A stretch of 64,000 nt of DNA from a virus, in the IMG/VR virus record IMGVR_UViG_3300036770_008729, positions 31,359 to 95,358 of that record. The stretch is one strand, 5' to 3'. The notes under the pieces were generated by a model. That model was not told the origin of the DNA. It did no database searches and saw nothing but the letters and a program-made list of their open reading frames with translations. Positions 19,408-28,102 of the stretch are shown one piece after another (position 1 is the first letter of the stretch; each line of letters begins with the position of its first letter). Made by a program: the position numbers and the translations under genes.

Positions 19408-21417
19408 TTAACCATTTCCTTGTGGTCCTGGTTTATTAACAAGTTGTCTAGTAATGACCGCTGTTTCTCTTGGTAACTGTGGATCTTTTATAATTCTTGG
19501 TACACTTCCAGCTGCTTGATTATTAAGTTCAGTAACATTTTGTCTATTATCAAATATTTTGAAAAGACCTGTATAAACCATTGTTGTTACGTTTTGACTG
19601 TAACTTGTTATATAAAATAAGTTTATTCCTGAATCGTATATTTTCTTAACTAAGTTAAATTTATTTTGAGGTATTTTAAATACTACTTGACCAACTTGTA
19701 GATTTATCTCATTTGTTTCTGTATAAAGTGGAAATTCTACATTGTCTACAGAGTTTTTTATGACTAATTTTATTTCTCCCAAATTTGACATATCTAAATA
19801 GTTAGGAGCTTCCAATTCTCCTGTTGCAATAATAAATTTAACTATATTATCAAATGGATATAGTATAATTTGCATTTTTGAAATACCGTAGAATATTTGT
19901 GCATTAAATACTGCATTATCAGATTTTCCTATTATATTATACCTGTCTATAAGAACAGGAAATGGAACTTTAATAGACTGCACTAATCCATTACTTCCTG
20001 CTGAACCAACACCAGTGCCAATTCCTCCTAATGTTCCTCCACCCAATGCTCCTCCACCGAATGTTCCATCCAATGTTCCACCTGTTATACCTCCACCTGA
20101 ACCAGATGCTAAAACATCATTATTTGAAGCACCGTTTCCTGCTAATCCACCACCAACTAAGCCATTCATAAGACCTGGTGGTTGAGCCACAGATCCTAAT
20201 CCTAATCTATTTAGTAGACCTTGTCCTTTGGTGGCTTGACCTTGTGCATTAGACATACCAAGCATCTTTGGATCTATAGCATTTTTTATAGCATAAATTT
20301 TTGGTTTAGATGCATTTTTTAAGTTAATCTTCATTAACTTCAAACTATATTTCGCAACTTCATCTTGTAACATACCATATGATGCTCTTCTTATTATATA
20401 AGATTCATCGGTTGCGTCTATTAATCTCAACTCAACATCAATTATTGCAGTGGTTGTTGATGTCTTAATAATCGGTCTATATTCTATTGTCTCATTAAAG
20501 TTATCAGTAACCGTAATGGTTAGTGTTTTCCCTCTTATATTTTGCTCATAAAGTGTTATTGAGTATTGTGCATAGTATCTACTACCTTGATTAAAAGAAT
20601 CTTCTATAAATTGATTAAATCCAGCTAATGTTTCATTATAGGTTCCATATATTTCAAAAAAGTCACCATTACTTGAGTTTTCTATTACTATACCTAATCT
20701 TTGGAATTCTGGAGTTTGTGAGAAACTTGTTGTTACTTTAGCCGCTAGTCTATAAGTTGTTATAGCGTTTATTGTTTGTATATTATCAATAAAATGAAAA
20801 TCAAGAAATATTGGAGCGGTCATACTCAGACCAGTTCCATCTGTAAGATTTGCATTGATGCTATTTTCTTTTGGTAGTCTACCTGTTATTTGTGCAGATA
20901 TTTCACTAACTGCCGGTATTTGAATCTCTATATTTTTCCCCCATAATTTTTCTTGAAATAGAAGTGGTGGTGTACTAAAGTTCATCATATACTGCTGACT
21001 CAAGTCAGTCATATCAAAATAAAAATTTGAAATCTCGTATGTTTTAAAATTTAGAGTGTCGTAAGTATATAGTCTTACATAAAGACCTAAATACTCTCCA
21101 AAAGTCCAATTAATTGGAAAATGCATTCTTAGAGTATCATGTCTTATTGGTGTTCCTGATGAGAAATTTTTTATCTGAAGAAAACTGTAATTTGAAGTAT
21201 CTATTTTTCCATATTTAGATGTAGCACTGTCGATTCTAAACAATTGATTTCCGATATCATTATTGGTTATACTTGAGTCAGATGCAATGTAAGAAGACTT
21301 TTTATCCTTTGTATTTACAAGTATATTATACCCTTCACTTATAAGATTATTATCATTATAGATATATTCGATAAGAACATTTTTATCTACCTTAACAAAT
21401 TTAGAAATTTTAGACAT
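19408..21417 (-). CDS. Gly-rich large protein, putative virion structural (tail/baseplate/fibre-like)
   Basis: 669 aa with a ~90-aa Gly/Ser/Ala/Thr-rich GxG region (GGGLAGNG...GGGTLGGIGTGVG). Has its own terminator and promoter-like box upstream. Confidence 0.3.
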   Translation of the reverse strand: MSKISKFVKVDKNVLIEYIYNDNNLISEGYNILVNTKDKKSSYIASDSSITNNDIGNQLFRIDSATSKYGKIDTSNYSFLQIKNFSSGTPIRHDTLRMHFPINWTFGEYLGLYVRLYTYDTLNFKTYEISNFYFDMTDLSQQYMMNFSTPPLLFQEKLWGKNIEIQIPAVSEISAQITGRLPKENSINANLTDGTGLSMTAPIFLDFHFIDNIQTINAITTYRLAAKVTTSFSQTPEFQRLGIVIENSSNGDFFEIYGTYNETLAGFNQFIEDSFNQGSRYYAQYSITLYEQNIRGKTLTITVTDNFNETIEYRPIIKTSTTTAIIDVELRLIDATDESYIIRRASYGMLQDEVAKYSLKLMKINLKNASKPKIYAIKNAIDPKMLGMSNAQGQATKGQGLLNRLGLGSVAQPPGLMNGLVGGGLAGNGASNNDVLASGSGGGITGGTLDGTFGGGALGGGTLGGIGTGVGSAGSNGLVQSIKVPFPVLIDRYNIIGKSDNAVFNAQIFYGISKMQIILYPFDNIVKFIIATGELEAPNYLDMSNLGEIKLVIKNSVDNVEFPLYTETNEINLQVGQVVFKIPQNKFNLVKKIYDSGINLFYITSYSQNVTTMVYTGLFKIFDNRQNVTELNNQAAGSVPRIIKDPQLPRETAVITRQLVNKPGPQGNG

Positions 21418-21446
21418 CTAATATTGATTTTGTTTTGATTATATAT

Positions 21447-21482
21447 AAAAAAAAGAACCTTTCTTATTAGGAAAGGTTCTCT
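21447..21482 (-). terminator. rho-independent terminator
   Basis: Plus strand reads aaaaaaaagaacctttcttattaggaaaggttct. On the minus strand this is a 10-bp stem (agaacctttc/gaaaggttct) followed by a T-run, after the 21467 stop. Confidence 0.55.
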
Positions 21483-21877
21483 TCTTGAAGACGATTTTTG
21501 ACAGATTCCACTATCTGATCATCTGTCAAATGTGAATTTTTTTCTTTTATTTGTCGGTAAAGTTCTTGTTCTTCTAAGGCTAGTTTTTCTACCTCATCAT
21601 TTAATGGTGATATATAACCTTCTAGTTTTTTTCCTTCTTGCTCAAGGTCCTCAATTATTTTCTTTAAATCTAAGGCAGCTCTTTCGGCTACCGATTTGTC
21701 ATGTTTATTTTTATCTTGACTAGTTTCTTCTTTTAAATTATCTAATTTTTTAAGAATTTCATCAAGACTTTCTACTATTGTGTTAACTCTTTTTGCATAG
21801 AAATCCATGCTATTATTTACTTTAAGAAATTGTCTTCTAATCTTTACAGCTCTTTGTAAAAAAACTTCATCCACCAT
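21467..21877 (-). CDS. coiled-coil protein
   Basis: Charged, heptad-rich sequence. Start moved to the internal Met (MVDEVF) to avoid a 50-bp overlap with the upstream gene. Confidence 0.35.
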   Translation of the reverse strand: MVDEVFLQRAVKIRRQFLKVNNSMDFYAKRVNTIVESLDEILKKLDNLKEETSQDKNKHDKSVAERAALDLKKIIEDLEQEGKKLEGYISPLNDEVEKLALEEQELYRQIKEKNSHLTDDQIVESVKNRLQEENLS

Positions 21878-21878
21878 A

Positions 21879-22790
21879 TTAATTTTCTTTTTTTGTTCTA
21901 GGTTTTCTTGTTGTTTTTGTTTTCTCAACTTTTACTTCACCTTTTTGATCATTGAAAGATACATCTTCTTTGTTTGAATTGATTTGAGTAACTGAATCAG
22001 TTATTTGATCACTAACAGATTTAGAATCTAACATAGATTTAATTTTATCTGAAATAATAGATTTAATTTTTCCAGGATTATTTACTATTTCTTTAGTAAA
22101 TTCATCAGATAAAAATTCTATTATAGAAGTTTCATAAGAATCTTCCATCATTTCAATAAAATCTAATCTTGGAATCTTATTATTAATGTCTATTGATATA
22201 TTAAAGTCAACATTTCTTTTTACACCTTTGAACATTTTGATAATAGGATCCTCAACTTCTACTCTTTGAACAACTGGTTCGCTATAGACTTTATTTTGAG
22301 ATTTAACTACTTGTGGTTCTGGATTATCTCTTTGAACTTCAATTTTTTGAACATCAGAATCTTCTTCACCTAAGAGTTTAGCAAAAGCCTGATTTTGTCT
22401 CTCTAAATCATTTTTATTGCTTGATACTCCATACTTTCTAGCTAACTCAGCTCTCTCATCATCTTCTGATGACATTACTATAGCACTTTCATTAGTTGCT
22501 GGTCCAAAATTTGAATTAGATGAATTAACTACTACTGGAGTAGCTCCATCTTCATCTCTGATATTTTGTGTAGGTATATTTTTTATTTTCTCAGCAAGTA
22601 TGTTATAAGCACCTTGATTGTTAAAGAAACTACCAGGATCTATTTGTTCTGTGTATTGATTTGAGTCCATAAGAGTTCTTGCATCTATTTTTTGTTTATT
22701 CTCTAAGATAGCAATATTCTCAAATGAATCAATTACTCTGACTATATCACCAGTTCTATTATTTCTAAAAGATTTGTTCGCTAAACTCAT
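21879..22790 (-). CDS. hypothetical protein with basic C-terminus
   Basis: 303-aa ORF. C-terminal KTKTTRKPRTKKEN. Confidence 0.35.
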   Translation of the reverse strand: MSLANKSFRNNRTGDIVRVIDSFENIAILENKQKIDARTLMDSNQYTEQIDPGSFFNNQGAYNILAEKIKNIPTQNIRDEDGATPVVVNSSNSNFGPATNESAIVMSSEDDERAELARKYGVSSNKNDLERQNQAFAKLLGEEDSDVQKIEVQRDNPEPQVVKSQNKVYSEPVVQRVEVEDPIIKMFKGVKRNVDFNISIDINNKIPRLDFIEMMEDSYETSIIEFLSDEFTKEIVNNPGKIKSIISDKIKSMLDSKSVSDQITDSVTQINSNKEDVSFNDQKGEVKVEKTKTTRKPRTKKEN

Positions 22791-22845
22791 TTTTATAAAT
22801 TGTTTTTATTAAAAAGAGTAGAGATTTCTCTCTACTCTTTTATTA

Positions 22846-23853
22846 TTAAAGGTCATTGAAGAAGTCATCTTCTTCAGCTGTTGCTGGTGTTGCTGAACCC
22901 TTTTTAGCTGAGAAGTTATCATCAAAATCAAAGTCATCTGACTGTGGTTTTGCTTCTGCCTTAGGTGCATTTGTATAAGAAGATGAAGCTTTACCTGTTA
23001 AGAAGTTAACAATCTCATTTATTTTAGCTTGTTGTTCTTCAGAAAGTTTTTTAGCTGCAAATTCTTCTAAATCGTGGTCTCTTTCTAATAAGAAATCTTT
23101 GATTTTAGCCTGAACACCTGAATCAATCTGACCATCTGAGTTAAGAGGAGCATTTTTGAATGCATTCTTATCTTTGAAGTAGATTGGAAGAGAAGATGTC
23201 TCTGGTTTGAACATACTCATTTTATAATCAGGATAAGTTTCATCACCAGTTTGAATTTCTTTCACAACTAATACGAAGTCTTTTCCAGATTTAAGGTCAA
23301 ATACATTACAAGGAACTCCAGAGATTTCTCCGTTTCTTTCTGCTTGAATTTTATCCTTAATAGTTTTACCATATTGGAAAATCATAATTTTACCAACTAA
23401 TTCTGGTTGTTGTTCGTCTTCAATAACTAAAACATAAGAATAGTATTTTTTAGAATACTTTAATTGTTTTGATTTTTCAATCAAAATCGCGTTCTTTGAG
23501 TTTTGCATTGTGTAATACAAATCAGTCAAAGGACATTTTTCGTTGAAATTCTTTGGTGAATCGAACCACCCTGAAAGTTCTTTTGGTTGTTTGATATCAA
23601 CATAGTGAGTAATCTTCTCAATTGCTGACTGGCCAACTTTGCCATCTTTTGTTAAGTTAGGTAAAAATCTTACTACAGATCTCCAACCTTTCTTTTTGTC
23701 TTTACATTTAGCCAAGTCTACACGGTAAATACCATCATTGCTTGTGCTTGTTTTTTGCTCGTTAAGAAAGTCCATTTTGCTGTCTAAACTGCCATTGAAT
23801 AATTCATCTAATTCTGCCATTTTGCTTTTTATTTTTTTAATTTTCAAATCCAT
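22846..23853 (-). CDS. T4 gp32-like ssDNA-binding protein
   Basis: WRSVVRFLP resembles the T4 gp32 IRFLPS region. FVLVVKE...DETYPDYK resembles the T4 FVLKVKQ...YDESK region. The acidic C-terminal tail ends EEDDFFNDL, as T4 gp32 ends ...DDLLNDL. Confidence 0.7.
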   Translation of the reverse strand: MDLKIKKIKSKMAELDELFNGSLDSKMDFLNEQKTSTSNDGIYRVDLAKCKDKKKGWRSVVRFLPNLTKDGKVGQSAIEKITHYVDIKQPKELSGWFDSPKNFNEKCPLTDLYYTMQNSKNAILIEKSKQLKYSKKYYSYVLVIEDEQQPELVGKIMIFQYGKTIKDKIQAERNGEISGVPCNVFDLKSGKDFVLVVKEIQTGDETYPDYKMSMFKPETSSLPIYFKDKNAFKNAPLNSDGQIDSGVQAKIKDFLLERDHDLEEFAAKKLSEEQQAKINEIVNFLTGKASSSYTNAPKAEAKPQSDDFDFDDNFSAKKGSATPATAEEDDFFNDL

Positions 23854-23961
23854 AAGATTTGATATTTGTTATATAGTTACTAATCAATAAAGTTTAATAA
23901 AATGTTAATTGTTTTTACTGAAAAAGTTACTAATAAATATATATCAAAAATTAAATTTGTT

Positions 23962-24924
23962 ATGGCTAAAAAATTTAAAATATTATCAATCGATGGTGGT
24001 GGTCTTAGAGGTATTGTTCCACTTCTTATTCTTAGAGAAATCGAAAATAAAACAGGTAAAAGAATTCACGAATTGTTTGACCTTATTACAGGAACATCTA
24101 CTGGTGGCATTATTGCATGTGGTTTATCTTGCACAAAAGATGGCAAATCACCAGCAATTACTGTAGAAAAATTAATTGAACTCTACACTGCTGAAAGAGA
24201 AACAATTTTTCCATATAAAAGAAACTTCTTTCAAAAAATAGGCAGCGGTATTAATTCTTTATTTAATCCTAAGTTTTCACCAGATGGACTTGATCGTTTA
24301 TTAACTGAATATTTTGATGATATGAGATTAAGTAATACATTAGTTCCAATTATTGTTACTTCTTATGATATCAAAAATAATGAAGTTGTAATGTTTAAAA
24401 GTAGAAGAAGTGGTGAGATTGGATATAACGCACTACTTAAAGATGCTTGTAGATCAACATCTGCTGCTCCTACATACTTACCTTCCTATAAATTGGCTTT
24501 TGGTGGAAAACAAAGAGTTCTTATTGATGGTGGTGTTTATATTAATAACCCTGCTCTTGGATCGGTATCTGATGCTTTAAGAAGCACTAAAGGATTAAAG
24601 ATTTCCGATATAGAAGTTCTTTCACTTGGAACTGGAACTTATCCAGCTGAGTTAGGGAAAAAAGATACTCCATCTTGGGGTTTAGTAAATTGGGCACAAC
24701 CGATAACAAATATAATGATGCAAGCCACTTCTAATGCGACTGAGTATGAATGTAATGAGTTACTGAAAAAACATTTAAGAATACAATTAAAAATAGATGA
24801 TCCTAAAATGACCGATATGTCAGATTCAAGACCTGGAACAGCTCAGTATATCATTGATAAAGTGGGTTCAGATATAATAAATAATAGTGAGATAATGAAA
24901 AAATTAGATGACTTTCTTAAATAA
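23962..24924 (+). CDS. patatin-like phospholipase
   Basis: LSIDGGGLRG oxyanion motif, GTSTGG (GxSxG nucleophile elbow), and LIDGGVYINNP (catalytic Asp DGG). Start at the internal ATG at 23962. Confidence 0.75.
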   Translation: MAKKFKILSIDGGGLRGIVPLLILREIENKTGKRIHELFDLITGTSTGGIIACGLSCTKDGKSPAITVEKLIELYTAERETIFPYKRNFFQKIGSGINSLFNPKFSPDGLDRLLTEYFDDMRLSNTLVPIIVTSYDIKNNEVVMFKSRRSGEIGYNALLKDACRSTSAAPTYLPSYKLAFGGKQRVLIDGGVYINNPALGSVSDALRSTKGLKISDIEVLSLGTGTYPAELGKKDTPSWGLVNWAQPITNIMMQATSNATEYECNELLKKHLRIQLKIDDPKMTDMSDSRPGTAQYIIDKVGSDIINNSEIMKKLDDFLK

Positions 24925-25675
24925 GATAGCTTGTAATTTCTTTAGTTATATCATTATTAGAATTGATTAAGTTTTTGTAAGTTTTATCATCTACCTTTAC
25001 AAAGATTGGATTAAATCCAATATAAGTAATCACTTCATTGCCAAATGGCAGTTCTCCTTCAATGTAATCTTCTAACCAAAATTCTTTATATGGTCTCCAA
25101 CCAGTAGCTTTATAGATTCTTATTAAAGAATCTATAACTATTTGTTTATTTTCTATAGAGAAGTTTCCACAATTAATGTTGATATAAGGAACCGCTGGTA
25201 TTTTCCCATTTTCTATATTATCGACAAAAAGTTGCAATGTTGGTTTATGTGGCAATTTATTTAATTTACTTAAGTAAATAGCTTCCTCAACCTCGTTAAA
25301 ATCAACTTCTTCTTCTATAATTTTTTTTGAATTTAATTCGTCGGGTCTTAGAAATATACTACCATATGTTTCATCATATATCAATTCACATTTTTTATTT
25401 TGCCAATCATCTGGATTAACTGACATTTCGTATGATATAGCACTTCTAATCTCTCTTTTATATGTGTGTAGAATTTCATATTTTGGATATATAAAGTATC
25501 CTGAAGAAATAAAATTTGCCTTACTTATTATATTATCATCTGATAAATCAAAAAGTAACTCTTGAAAATCTCTAAAATCAGGAAACTGACTTTTAGTTAT
25601 GGCAAAATCGGCTAAATGTCTAGTATCAGAATTATTAATTTGTTCAAATAGTTTATATGGCCTAATATGCTTCAT
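24917..25675 (-). CDS. CTS-motif family protein (putative capsid-packaged internal protein)
   Basis: N-terminus MKHIRPYKLFE|Q. Last gene of the minus-strand array. Confidence 0.5.
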   Translation of the reverse strand: MKHIRPYKLFEQINNSDTRHLADFAITKSQFPDFRDFQELLFDLSDDNIISKANFISSGYFIYPKYEILHTYKREIRSAISYEMSVNPDDWQNKKCELIYDETYGSIFLRPDELNSKKIIEEEVDFNEVEEAIYLSKLNKLPHKPTLQLFVDNIENGKIPAVPYININCGNFSIENKQIVIDSLIRIYKATGWRPYKEFWLEDYIEGELPFGNEVITYIGFNPIFVKVDDKTYKNLINSNNDITKEITSYLI

Positions 25676-26556
25676 TAATAGTTGAGTAATATTTTTATTG
25701 TATAATCATAAATATCTGTATTTGTGAATTGTCTAGTTCCCCTAGCGTGGTCAAAAATAACATCACTATAATCTAAAGTAGTGAGTATAGATGGTAAAAC
25801 TTTATCAAATTGACTTTCTAATTCTATTAAGTTCATCTTTCCTTTCATATAATTATCACCTTGACCAATTTCTATTACTATACAAGGTACATTCATTTCA
25901 ATAATCTTATCTATTGAGTAACTTCTCTTCTTATCAATATCTGAATTATGAATAACTGAATATTTACCATTTGATGTTTCAAAAGAATCACCTGATTTAA
26001 ATCCATAGTTATCAATATTAAAGTTAGCACATTGCCATTTTGGTTCTGTGACATAATAACTTTCATCACTTTGCCTCATTAAAACTGAAGGATATGAACC
26101 AATGTAAAATGTTGGAAAAGCAATATCTTTTATAATATGAATCATAGCTCTGAAATAATCTTTCTCATCTCTATTTCTAACTGTTAGAATTCCATTATAT
26201 TTATATTGAATTTCTTTGTTATAATTATCTGAATCTCCATAAGCGATACAAGTTGATACCCATTTAGATTTTTCATGTGGTAAATTATCAAATACATCCA
26301 TAAGTAATCTATCTTCTACATAATAAACATCTACTTTATTTAGAGCCGTGAATATTCTATCTACATGATTTTTTATCTTATTATAGTAACCATCCCCAAT
26401 AAAATGATTTGTCCATTTTTCTAAATCTTTAATTGGTTTTCTACCCCACTCAAAATCTTTAAGATCTTCAATCCAATCATGAATTCCGTATTTAGAATCT
26501 AATCCAATATTCATATTTTCATTTATAAAGTGATTATATTTCTTAATTATTTTCAT
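25675..26556 (-). CDS. CTS-motif family protein
   Basis: N-terminus MKIIKKYNHFINE|N. Shares a coordinate with the neighbouring gene at 25675. Confidence 0.5.
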   Translation of the reverse strand: MKIIKKYNHFINENMNIGLDSKYGIHDWIEDLKDFEWGRKPIKDLEKWTNHFIGDGYYNKIKNHVDRIFTALNKVDVYYVEDRLLMDVFDNLPHEKSKWVSTCIAYGDSDNYNKEIQYKYNGILTVRNRDEKDYFRAMIHIIKDIAFPTFYIGSYPSVLMRQSDESYYVTEPKWQCANFNIDNYGFKSGDSFETSNGKYSVIHNSDIDKKRSYSIDKIIEMNVPCIVIEIGQGDNYMKGKMNLIELESQFDKVLPSILTTLDYSDVIFDHARGTRQFTNTDIYDYTIKILLNY

Positions 26557-26833
26557 AGATTTTATTTATTAAAATTGCTAAATTAATATCTTTTTCTGTA
26601 ACAATATCACCAGAATCATGCGTTGAAAGAGTTACAATAACTTTGTCAAACATCCATTCAATTTTTGGATGATGATTTTGTGATTCTGATTCTGTTGCCA
26701 CTTGATTAATAAATTGTCTCGCTGATTCAAATGAATCAAAAGTAAACTCACTGGTTAATTTTTTACCATCATTTTTCCAACTTTTTAAATCTTCAGTTGA
26801 TTCATATATTCTATAAGATTTTAGGTGCTTCAC
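26543..26833 (-). CDS. CTS-motif protein with pterin-4a-carbinolamine dehydratase/DCoH fold
   Basis: N-terminus MKHLKSYRIYE|S. SQNHHPKIEWMFDKVIVTLSTHD...EKDINLAILINKI closely parallels PCD/DCoH ([20 protein letters not shown]...ERDINLASFIEQV). Confidence 0.55.
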   Translation of the reverse strand: MKHLKSYRIYESTEDLKSWKNDGKKLTSEFTFDSFESARQFINQVATESESQNHHPKIEWMFDKVIVTLSTHDSGDIVTEKDINLAILINKIYENN

Positions 26834-27273
26834 TTTCTAAAAATTATTTTAATGGATTGGTTTTCTGCCATCCATTGACCAACTTCTAAATCTTCAAGTT
26901 CTATTTTCTCTACATTATCTTCTGATGGATCTGAACTGTATTCATCTTGTAAAAGTATTGTATATTTCCAATCTTTCATAAACTCAATAGACCTTCTAAT
27001 ACAATCCATTAATTCTGTAGATATTTGAACTTCTCTATAATCTGATACGTATTCTTCATCATCATCAAATCCAGGATCGAAATCTCTATGATATGGTTCT
27101 TCATCTCCAAATGAAATATAAACTGTGTAGTAATTAGATATATCATCACCATCTGCCCAAGCAATCCACTCTTCATCAGGATGACTATGTTTAACATCTA
27201 AAAAGATGTCTTCTAAATCAGCTTTGATTCTATCAAAGTTCTCGAATAACTTATATGTTTTTAAATGTTTCAT
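26830..27273 (-). CDS. CTS-motif family protein, highly acidic
   Basis: N-terminus MKHLKTYKLFE|N. Rich in D/E (DFDPGFDDDEEYVSDY). Confidence 0.5.
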   Translation of the reverse strand: MKHLKTYKLFENFDRIKADLEDIFLDVKHSHPDEEWIAWADGDDISNYYTVYISFGDEEPYHRDFDPGFDDDEEYVSDYREVQISTELMDCIRRSIEFMKDWKYTILLQDEYSSDPSEDNVEKIELEDLEVGQWMAENQSIKIIFRK

Positions 27274-27521
27274 TTCTCTTCTCTTCTCTTCTTCATTAAA
27301 TCTTTAATAAATTCTTTTATCTCATCATTGCAATCTGGAGTAGGTAAGAAGCCATATCCTCTCATTCTTGATGACCATTTGATCTGACCAATAACCTGAC
27401 CATCTTTACTAACATTATAAGTATCGGTTTTAGCACCTTTCTTTTTAGTTTGTAAAGTGAACTTTAATTTAGAAACTTCTTTTTTAGTTTCAAATAATTT
27501 ATATGTCTTTAAATGTATCAT
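27270..27521 (-). CDS. CTS-motif family protein, small and basic
   Basis: N-terminus MIHLKTYKLFE|T. Body is K/R-rich and 83 aa. First gene of a 5-gene overlapping operon. Confidence 0.45.
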   Translation of the reverse strand: MIHLKTYKLFETKKEVSKLKFTLQTKKKGAKTDTYNVSKDGQVIGQIKWSSRMRGYGFLPTPDCNDEIKEFIKDLMKKRREEK

Positions 27522-27548
27522 TTGAAAAGTTTTAGATGTTTCATAAAG

Positions 27549-27559
27549 TATATATTAAA
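27549..27559 (-). promoter_or_regulatory. TTTAATATATA box (candidate phage promoter element)
   Basis: Minus strand reads TTTAATATATA about 28 nt upstream of the 27521 start. Confidence 0.3.
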
Positions 27560-27568
27560 TACACAAAA

Positions 27569-28102
27569 TTAAATACTTAATTCAACCTTTTCTCCAGATG
27601 GGGGTGAGAAAGAAACACTTTTCAAGTTATTAAACTTATATTTATCGTCTAAATTTATATAATTTTTACCAGTACCTTTATTTACATAGCAAATTGTTAT
27701 GTGTGGTTTGTAATCGGGATAAGATTCTTCATTCGGTAGTGTTTTTAACATATCATGTAGCTTCTGTAAATCAGGAGTTTTCTTAACATTAAACTTAACT
27801 ACATCATAATCTTTATTCTCGAATAAATCTATACCTTCAATTTCTATGTTTAGTGGTTTTGCAAATGAGGTCAAAATCTCTTGAACTTGTTCTGATGTTA
27901 CTTCTGGTTTTAATCCATATAATAAAGTCAAATGTGGAAAATCTTCTATACCCTGATTTTCCTCTGGATTATAAATATCTTCTTTTTTTATTTTAGAAGT
28001 TATTTCATCCCAATTTGTGAAAGGAATCTTTAACATCGCACAACCAAATTCGTGCTGACCTGATGATTCTTTAATAAACTGTATATAACTTTTTATCCTC
28101 AT
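27569..28102 (-). CDS. CTS-motif 2H phosphoesterase (LigT/2',3'-cyclic phosphodiesterase-like)
   Basis: Start set at the internal Met, MRIKSYIQFIKE|S, as an ATGA overlap with the upstream gene. Two H-x-T-x motifs (FPHLTLLYGL and KPHITICYV) about 85 aa apart. Confidence 0.55.
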   Translation of the reverse strand: MRIKSYIQFIKESSGQHEFGCAMLKIPFTNWDEITSKIKKEDIYNPEENQGIEDFPHLTLLYGLKPEVTSEQVQEILTSFAKPLNIEIEGIDLFENKDYDVVKFNVKKTPDLQKLHDMLKTLPNEESYPDYKPHITICYVNKGTGKNYINLDDKYKFNNLKSVSFSPPSGEKVELSI

